From assembly GCA_002269645.1 (NCBI GenBank), contig NIVC01000094.1:1256548-1294626 (forward strand): a stretch of 38,079 nucleotides of DNA. The letters are read 5' to 3'. This DNA comes from Macrostomum lignano. Its lineage: Eukaryota. The notes beneath the pieces were generated by a model that did not search any database, was not told the origin of the DNA, and saw nothing but the letters and a program-made list of their open reading frames with translations. Below, piece by piece: positions 23,001 to 33,300 of the stretch. Numbering within the stretch: position 1 is the first letter of the stretch; every line of letters begins with the position of its first letter. The position numbers and the translations under genes were made by a program.

Positions 23001-26000
23001 AGAGAGAAGAGATGGAAAGACAGAGAGAAGAGATGGGAAAGGCAGGGGAAGAGATGGGAAAGACAGGGGAAGGGATGGGAAAGACAGGGGAAGAGATGGG
23101 AAAGACAGGGGAAGGGATGGGAAAGACAGGGGAAGAGATGGGAAATACAGAGGAAGAGATGGGAAAGACAGGGGAAGAGATGGGAAATACAGAGGAAGAG
23201 ATGGGAAAGACAGGGGAAGAGATGAGAAAGACAGAGAGAAGAGATGGGAAAGGCAGGGGAAGAGGTGAGAAAGACAGGGGAAGAGATGGGAAAGACAGGG
23301 GAAGAGATGGGAAGACAGAGAGAAGAGATGGGAAAGGCAGGGGAAGAGGTGAGAAAGACAGAGGGAAGAGATGGGAAAGGCAGGGGAAGAGGTGAGAAAG
23401 ACAGAGGGAAGAGATGGAAAGACAGAGAGAAGAAATGGGAAAGGCAGGGGAAGAGATGGGAAAGACAGGGGAAGGGATGGGAAATACAGAGGGAAGAGAT
23501 GGGAAAGACAGGGGAAGAGATGGGAAAGGCAGGGGAAGAGATGGGAAAGACAGGGGAAGGGATGGGAAAGACAGGGGAAGAGATGGGAAATACAGAGGAA
23601 GAGATGGGAAAGACAGAGGAAGAGATGGGAAAGACAGGGGAAGGGATGGGAAAGACAGGGTAAGGGATGGGAAAGACAGGGTAAGGGATGGGAAAGACAG
23701 AGGGAAGAGATGGGAAAGACAGAGGGAAGAGATGGGAAATACAGAGGGAAGAGATGGAAAGACAGAGAGAAGAGATGGGAAAGGCAGGGGAAGAGATGGG
23801 AAAGACAGGGGAAGGGATGGGAAAGACAGGGGAAGAGATGGGAAAGACAGGGGAAGGGATGGGAAAGACAGGGGAAGAGATGGGAAATACAGAGGAAGAG
23901 ATGGGAAAGACAGGGGAAGAGATGGGAAATACAGAGGAAGAGATGGGAAAGACAGGGGAAGAGATGGGAAATACAGAGGAAGAGATGGGAAAGACAGAGG
24001 AAGAGATGGGAAAGACAGGGGAAGGGATGGGAAAGACAGGGGAAGAGATGGGAAATACAGAGGAAGAGATGGGAAAGACAGAGAGAAGAGATGGGAAAGG
24101 CAGGGGAAGAGATGGGAAAGACAGGGGAAGGGATGGGAAAGACAGGGGAAGAGATGGGAAAGACAGGGGAAGGGATGGGAAAGACAGGGGAAGAGATGGG
24201 AAATACAGAGGAAGAGATGGGAAAGACAGGGAAGAGATGGGAAATACAGAGGAAGAGATGGGAAAGACAGGGGAAGAGATGGGAAATACAGAGGAAGAGA
24301 TGGGAAAGACAGAGGAAGAGATGGGAAAGACAGGGGAAGGGATGGGAAAGACAGGGGAAGAGATGGGAAATACAGAGGAAGAGATGGGAAAGACAGGGGA
24401 AGAGATGGGAAAGACAGGGGAAGAGATGGGAAAGACAGGGGAAGAGATGGGAAATACAGAGAAAGAGATGGGAAAGACAGAGGAAGAGATGGGAAAGACA
24501 GGGGAAGGGATGGGAAAGACAGGGGAAGAGATGGGAAATACAGAGGAAGAGATGGGAAAAGACAGGGGAAGAGATGGGAAAGACAGGGGAAGAGATGGGA
24601 AAGACAGGGGAAGAGATGGGAAATACAGAGAAAGAGATGGGAAAGACAGAGGAAGAGATGGGAAAGACAGGGGAAGAGATGGGAAAGACAGGGGAAGAGA
24701 TGGGAAATACAGAGAAAGAGATGGGAAAGACAGGGGAAGAGATGGGAAATACAGAGAAAGAGATGGGAAAGACAGAGGAAGAGATGGGAAAGACAGGGGA
24801 AGAGATGGGAAAGACAGGGAAGAGATGGGAAAGACAGGGGAAGGGATGGGAAAGACAGGGGAAGAGATGGGAAATACAGAGGAAGAGATGGGAAAGACAG
24901 GGGAAGAGATGGGAAATACAGAGAAAGAGATGGGAAAGACAGGGGAAGAGATGGGAAATACAGAGAAAGAGATGGGAAAGACAGAGGAAGAGATGGGAAA
25001 GACAGGGGAAGGGATGGGAAAGACAGGGGAAGAGATGGGAAAGACAGGGGAAGGGATGGGAAAGACAGGGGAAGAGATGGGAAATACAGAGGAAGAGATG
25101 GGAAAGACAGGGGAAGAGATGGGAAAGACAGGGGAAGGGATGGGAAAGACAGGGGAAGAGATGGAAATACAGAGGAAGAGATGGGAAAGACAGGGGAAGA
25201 GATGGGAAAGACAGGGAAGAGATGGGAAAGACAGGGGAAGAGATGGGAAATACAGAGAAAGAGATGGGAAAGACAGAGGAAGAGATGGGAAAGACAGGGG
25301 AAGAGATGGGAAAGACAGGGGAAGAGATGGGAAATACAGAGAAAGAGATGGGAAAGACAGAGGAAGAGATGGGAAATACAGAGAAAGAGATGGGAAAGAC
25401 AGAGGAAGAGATGGGAAAGACAGGGGAAGGGATGGGAAAGACAGGGGAAGAGATGGGAAAGACAGGGGAAGGGATGGGAAAGACAGGGGAAGAGATGGGA
25501 AATACAGGGGAAGAGATGGGAAAGACAGGGGAAGAGATGGGAAATACAGAGGAAGAGATGGGAAAGACAGGGGAAGAGATGGGAAATACAGAGGAAGAGA
25601 TGGGAAAGACAGAGGAAGAGATGGGAAAGACAGGGGAAGGGATGGGAAAGACAGGGGAAGAGATGGGAAATACAGAGGAAGAGATGGGAAAGACAGGGGA
25701 AGAGATGGGAAAGACAGGGGAAGAGATGGGAAAGACAGAGGGAAGAGATGGGAAATACAGAGAAAGAGATGGGAAAGACAGAGGAAGAGATGGGAAAGAC
25801 AGGGGAAGGGATGGGAAAGACAGGGGAAGAGATGGGAAAGACAGGGGAAGAGATGGGAAATACAGAGAAAGAGATGGGAAAGACAGAGGAAGAGATGGGA
25901 AAGACAGAGGAAGAGATGGGAAAGACAGGGGAAGAGATGGGAAATACAGAGGAAGAGATGGGAAAGACAGGGGAAGGGATGGGAAAGACAGGGGAAGAGA

Positions 26001-29000
26001 TGGGAAAGACAGGGGAAGAGATGGGAAATACAGAGAAAGAGATGGGAAAGACAGAGGAAGAGATGGGAAAGACAGGGGAAGAGATGGGAAATACAGAGGA
26101 AGAGATGGGAAAGACAGGGGAAGAGATGGGAAATACAGAGGAAGAGATGGGAAAGACAGGGGAAGAGATGGGAAAGACAGGGGAAGAGATGGGAAAGACA
26201 GAGGAAGAGATGGGAAAGACAGGGGAAGAGATGGGAAAGACAGGGGAAGAGATGGGAAAGACAGGGGAAGAGATGGGAAATACAGAGGAAGAGATGGGAA
26301 AGACAGGGGAAGAGATGGGAAAGACAGGGGAAGAGATGGGAAATACAGAGGAAGAGATGGGAAAGACAGGGGAAGAGATGGGAAAGACAGGGGAAGAGAT
26401 GGGAAATACAGAGGAAGAGATGGGAAAGACAGGGAATAATTTAGTTGGAAATTAGAGCGTAATGCAAAAATGCATAAATGATCGGGCAGGGAAATTAAAG
26501 CTGAGAAATAGAGAGAAGACATTTGAGAAAGAAGATAAAGGAGGCGGCAAACCTCAGCTCGGCCAGCAGGCGCCGCTTCTCCGGCTCCGGCTCGGATTCG
26601 AACCAATCGCGCCAGGCTGCGGGCACCTCGCCTGGTGGCAGCGGCTCGCGCAAGCAGAAGAAGGCGGTGGAGCGCAGAGCGGCCTGGTCGCTGCCGTGGC
26701 GCTGCAAGGCGTGGCGCATCTCCAGCTCGGTGATGGACCTGGCGAGAGGAGTGAAGCGGCAGATTGACAGACACGGACAGACACGGACAGACACGGACAG
26801 ACAGACAGACAGCCACTAAGACACACACTAAGACAGACACACACTAATAGACAGACAGACACCATGACAGACACGGACAGACACGGACAGACAGACAGAC
26901 AGCCACTAAGACACACACTAAGACAGACACACACTAATAGACAGACAGACACCATGACAGACACGGTCAGACAGACAGACAGCCACTAAGACACACACTA
27001 AGACAGACACACACTAATAGACAGACAGACACCATGACAGACACGGTCAGACAGACAGACAGCCACTAAGACACACACTAAGACAGACACACACTAATAG
27101 ACAGACAGACACCATGACAGACACGGTCAGACAGACACCATGACAGACACGGTCAGACAGACAGACACCATGACAGACACGGTCAGACAGACAGACAGCC
27201 ACTAAGACACACACTAAGACAGACACACACTAATAGACAGACAGACACCATGACAGACACGGACAGACACGGTCAGACAGACAGACAGCCACTAAGACAC
27301 ACACTAAGACAGACACACACTAATAGACAGACAGACACCATGACAGACACGGACAGACACGGACAGACAGACAGACAGCCACTAAGACACACACTAAGAC
27401 AGACACACACTAATAGACAGACAGACACCATGACAGACAAGGACAGGACATGACAGACAGACCTGCCAGGCGGGCAGTCCCGCACCCAGTCGAAGGCGGG
27501 GTCAGCCGGGGCCGCATAGCTGGCAGGCGTGAAGCCGTAGCGGTCTCCTAGCAGGCCGATGAACAGGTCGCAGCGGCGCACCTCGTCCAGGCAGATGGGC
27601 ACCAGGGACTCCCGGCGCGCCTCCTCCTCGGTGACGCCCCAGCGCAGATCAACCTGATAAATTGCGCACGATTTCAGTTTTCAGGTATTGAGCACCGGAG
27701 AGGCGGCCGGTCTGCACTCGTTAATAGAGAAAAAACTCACCTCGAGCAGCTCCACAAACATCTTGCGGCACTCCCGCCTCAGCTGGGGAAACAGGCACCT
27801 GGTCAGCAGGTCCCGCTCGCCGTGCATATCGCGAAAAGTTGATGAGATGAACACCCGGGACACTCGCCAGCGGGGAATCTGGCACACCAGGGGCAGCGGC
27901 GCCTCCACCTGCGACCGAGGGCCGCCGCCGCCGCCGCCGTTGACTCCCGGAAGATTCTGCGGCAAATTGTAGCGCTTGTCGGTGGCGTCCACGTGGGCCA
28001 GGATGTCCGCGTCGCCTCGCTGGCTGATGAAGCGCAGAATCTGATCGCTGAACCCGGCGACTGACACGTCATTCATGGTGGCCTCGTCCGCCTCGCTCGG
28101 CTTCACGCTGCCGATGCGGTGAAAGATGGGGGTTCGGTTATGGATCTGACTCCTTTTGATCTAGTTCTGACTCATTTTGATCTAGACCTGACTCATTTTG
28201 ATCTAGACCGGACTCATTTTGATATAGATATGACTCATTCTGGTGTAGATTTGACTCATTCTGGTGTAGATTTGACTCATTCTGGTTTGGATCTGACTCA
28301 TTCGGGTTAAGATCTGACTCATTTGGGTTTAGATCTGACTCATTTGGGTTTAGATCTGACTCATTTGGGTTTAGATCTGACTCATTCGGGTCAAGATATG
28401 ACTCATTTAGTTTTAGATCTGACTCATTCTGGTTAAGATCTGACTCGTTCTGGTTAAGATCTGACTCATTCGGGTTAAGATCTGACTCATTCCGGTTTAG
28501 ATCTGACTCATTCTAGTACAGATCCAACCATAAAATTATCCTAGAAACTCACCTGGGCACCCTGCCAGAGAGATCAACATTCACGAACAGCAGGTTGGGA
28601 TCCACAGCCTGCCTGTAGCGCCGCAGGAAGGCCTTGACCCCGGCGTCCATGGACCAGTCGGTGTTGGACAGCAGCAGCAGGGTGTCCACCTGCTTGCGAC
28701 CAGCCAGCAGGCTGTACAGGTGATCGAGCACCACGCTGGGCACCGAGCTGGGGGGAGAGAATGACAGGCCAATATCGGCCATCCGGGCCTCTCTCACCTG
28801 GAGGACCACGTCGTTAAGATTCTCCAGGATGCCGCCTTTGCTGAGGCCGACCTCCGTCATGCTCGAGGTGAGGAACACGCGGAAGTCGCACTGCTCGCAG
28901 GCGTGCTTGCACATCAGGCCCAGCAGGATGGCCACCTCCATCACCTGCGGCGCGGCAACAGTTCATATACTAATTGATATAAGTAGTTAAAAAATTTCCT

Positions 29001-30262
29001 TATAGGATTTAGGATTTTTAGGATTTTTTCAGCTTTTCGCGTACACTGCCAGCGCTTCAAGTTAAGCAAAGCTGGCCGTGGTTAGTAGGGAGTTGAGGAT
29101 AAGGCTTACGTCTCACATTAAGACAAGTCACAGAGAGCCTGTGGTCGGGTTCAAGTTTAAAGCCCCAATGGCCAGATGTGCAACCGACAGCTCAGCCGCA
29201 GCTACTGCGCGGCGCATCTGAAGGCTGCGTACGGCTGTTCAGTCCAAGGACTGGGGGGGGGGTCGCCACACACACACGCCCTCAATTACCCCAGCTAACA
29301 CTGGCACCCATTTTACAGCTGGGTGAACTGAAGCAATGCAGAGTTAAGTGTCTTGCTTAAGGACAAAAATTGTTCCGATGGGATCAGGAATCGAACCCCC
29401 CGACCTTCAAGTCGTGAGTCCAACGCTACACCCCCTTCAGAATTCAAAACATTATAAACAATGGATACTGCAAGGAGGCGCCCTGTTTCCAGTCCAGGTT
29501 TCTAGTTTGAATCTGCAATTGTACGTGCGGTGCACTCACGGTCCTGGGCTTCCCCATGCCCCTGTAGGAGGTGCAAGGCAAGTCCATGTCGGGGTAGCCA
29601 GTCACCAGCAGCAGGGTGCTACCCTTGATTGGCGGCACATTGTAGGTGGTGGCCACCTTCACCGCCGCCTCCAGGGCCTTGCGGTACCGGGCGATCCAGT
29701 CGATCATGTCGCTGCTGAAGCCCGCCATGGCCTTCTGAGCCTTCTTCTGCTCCCGGTCGCCGCCGCCGCCACCGCCTCTGCCCCCTCGACCTCCGCGACC
29801 ACTGCCACGACCACCGCCGCGACCTCCCCGACGGGGCTTCGGCGCTCCTGGACCCGACGGCGTTGCCGACTGCTTGGCCAGCTTGGCAATGGCCTCCTCT
29901 GCGAATGGCGATGGATTGCCGTTGGGTGTGAATCACTGTGAGCACACTGTGAATAAACTGTGAGCACACCGTCAATGAACTGTGAGCACACCGTGCATAA
30001 ACTGTGAGCACACCGTCAATGAACTGTGATCAAACCGTGAATGACACCCAGACAGCAGCCAGACAGACACTCACTAGTCGCCATGAGCTCGCGCTCCAAC
30101 ACGTCCAGGGCCTGATAGGCCGAGAAGAACCTGAATGGAAACTGCTTGCTGTTGATCACGGAGCCCTGCGGAGAGGAGATTGGCGATTGTTTAATGCTGG
30201 TTGCTGTCAGACACAGACACAAAGACACAGACCTAGACCCAAACACAGACACTAAGACACTA

Positions 30263-30311
<49 letters not shown>

Positions 30312-33300
30312 CACACACAGACACACAGCCAGTCCCTTACCTCGTCCTGCAGCCGCTTGAGCACCATATTGTGATGCTTCACTGAGATTCCCGCCTTGAT
30401 TAGGTTCCGCAGATTCCGCAGCATAGCCATGTAGGGCAGCTTCCGGTGGTCCAAGAGGCTCTCCCACACCTCGGCCTTGTTGCCACGGGCGGACACCTGC
30501 GTCTCCCAGGTCTCCGGCACCGGCAGGCGCATCCGCTTGCCCGCCCTGGTGGCGTCAAACTCGCCGGGCAGGCCGGTCTTGTAGAACTCGGCCAGACTGT
30601 CCGGGTAGCGCTTGCCGATCAGGGACATCACGTGATCGACTGGCTTATTGATGTGCAGCTGCCTGACAAGCTGCTTCAGGGTGAAAAGCTTCTCCCGGCG
30701 CTCCTCGGGCCGCGGACCCTCGTCGTCTGAGGGGACGGAGATCTGGGGAGGGGGGTTGGTGGTAGTTTGAAACTGGCACGGAATGGAAAATAAGTCTCTA
30801 GAGATTGTGAATCGGGACTCTGAGATTGTGAATCGGGACAGTGGGATTGTGAATCGGGACTGTGGGATTGTGAATCGGGACTCTGAGATTGTGAATCGGG
30901 ACAGTGGGATTGTGAATCGGGACTGTGGGGTTGTGAATCGGGACTCTGGGATTGTGAATCGGGACAGTGGGATTGTGAATCGGGACTCTGGGATTGTGAA
31001 TCGGGACTGTGGGATTGTGAATCGGGACTCTGGGATTGTGAATCGAGACTGTGGGATTGTGAATCGGGACTCTGGGATTGTGAATCGGCATCGGGACTCT
31101 GGGATTGTGAATCGGGACAGTGGGATTGTGAATCGGGACTGTGGGATTGTGAATCGGGACTCTGGGATTGTGAATCGGGACTGTAAGATTGGGGGCTGGA
31201 ATTCGGACTCAGGAACCTGAAATTGTGAGTCGGGACTTTGAGATTGTCGTATTAAGGATCGGGACATTGGGGTTTGAGATTTGGGATCGGGACTTTGGGA
31301 TTTGAGATTGGGAGTTTGGGATTTGCGATTGGGTATCGGAACTCAGGGTCTGGGATTGAGCATCGAAATTCACCTGCTGCCTGATGAGGTCCCTGCTAGC
31401 GTCAGTGTCTGTGTCGCTGCCGCTGCTGTCGCTGCTGTTAACGGCGGCGTGCCTTGCCGACACTGCGGCAGCAACCGATGCGCTGGCGCCTGCACGGCCG
31501 GCGCCTCGACCACCGCGACCGCCGCGACCACCGCGACCACCGCGACCACCGCGACCGGCAGCGATGGCGGACTGCGCCGCCGACGTCGCTGCAGCGGCCG
31601 CGTTGGCGCCCCGCCCGCGCCCTCCGCCGCGTCCGCCACGGCCTCTGACATTCCCGCGGCCTCGGCCGCCGCGCCCCCGAGAGCCGTAGCGGCTCCGGCA
31701 GTTGCCTGACCGTCGGCCTTCTTGGCCTTCTTCTTCACGGCCTTCTCCTTGTTGTACTTGCCCAGCTGGTAGGCGTCGAAGTCCGGGAACTTCGCGACCA
31801 TCGCCTTGCGCAGCGCGGCGGGCAGGGCGCCCCAGCGCAGCGTCCGGTCGTGGAAGGCCTGGTAGATTTCGGCCACCTCAATCCAGTCGGAGGGCAGGGC
31901 CACGGCCGCCGAGAAGTACTTTTTGATGTAGGGCCGCGTCAGGTTGGACACGGCGGAGTAGGACAGCAGGAAGTTGGCCGTAGTGCGGATGTTCAGCTCC
32001 TTGCGGGTGAACAGCGCCACCTTCAGGATGAACTCAGGATCGCCAGGTGTGCCTTTGTTGCCACCGCCCTCTCTGGCGATGGAGTCCGCCAGCTGCATCA
32101 GCTCACAGCGCAGGCTGTCCTTGGTGTCCTTGAAGTCCGGAGCTCGAATCAACGAGGCGCTTACCATGTTGAGCAGAAGGCGCTGGGAGACGGTTAACAG
32201 GGTTTTAACTTGAATTCATGCACGACATAAGCGCACCTCATGTGTATTTCATGTGACATAAGCGCACCTCATGTGTATTTCATGTGACATAAGCGCGCAT
32301 CATGTGTTTTTTATGTGACATAAGCGCACCTCATGTGTATTTAATGTGACATAAGCGCGCATCATGTGTTTTTTATGTGACATAAGCGCACCTCATGTGT
32401 ATTTAATGTGACATAAGCGCGCATCATGTGTTTTTTATGTGACATAAGCGCAGATCATGTGTCTTTCATGTAACATAAGCGCACAAAATGTGTTTTTCAT
32501 GTGACATAAAAAGCGCGCACTATGTGTATTTCATTTTACATAAGCGGGCTTCATGTGGTATTTCATGTAAATTAAGCACGCTTCATGTGTACTTCATGTG
32601 AATTACTATAACCGCTACCAATATTTGTCTCACCTTGCGATTTGCCAGCGAGGAGAAGAAGGCCGTGGGCTCGATGGTGTCCAGCAGGGCTTTACCCGCG
32701 AAGGCGCGCAGCCGTTCGCTTCGAATCTCGGCGAATTTCAGTCCGCTGTAGTTGGGCGCGGATTTCTCGGCGTCTATACAGCTGGTCACGTGACCAACTA
32801 GACTGAAGCTGGCGCTAGCGGCTGCCTCTGATTGGTCAGCAGAGCGCGGGCAGCGGGCTGAGGCTCCGGGACTTCTGCGGCCGGACGAGCTGAGAAGGCG
32901 CTGGGCGCGGCGCTGGTGGTCCGCATGGCAGAGTTGAACCGGTCCTTGTCCAGCTTGGTGGACACTCCGCGCGTTGTTGAAATTCCAGCCAGGCTGGTGG
33001 TGGTGGCAGCGGAGGTGGCGGCACCCCGATGGCCACTAGCAGCTGGTGGCGCAGTGCGCAATGCAGTTGAAGTCCCCAGGCTCAGCTGCAGGTTGAGCGA
33101 CGTTGATGCTCCGCTGGGACGATTGGCAGCAAGGCTGGAGCCTCCACCAGTCAGCACAGATGGGCGCGTTGTGGACAGAGCTGTTGATGATAGCAGGCTG
33201 GTTCCAAAGCCACTAGTGGAGCCAATGGTTGGAGCTGTAGCCGATGCTGGCTTGAGCCCAAAACTAGTGTTCAGCTTTGGTGGCATGGCAAGCTTAGAGC

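Noticed and set aside
21255-26840. 1861-aa, 1022-aa, 1013-aa and 918-aa ORFs
   Set aside because: These are stop-free translations of the GA-rich minisatellite. Only the flanks (exons 9 and 10) are coding, and they are bounded by GT-AG sites.
29378-29436. Possible tRNA gene
   Set aside because: It has a B box and a partial T-arm but no complete cloverleaf or acceptor stem, and it continues into a CORE-like SINE body.
29899-29937. Alternative exon 5 acceptor cacag at 29936
   Set aside because: It would put TGA in frame or break the phase. The ttcgcag acceptor at 29899 fits phase 1.
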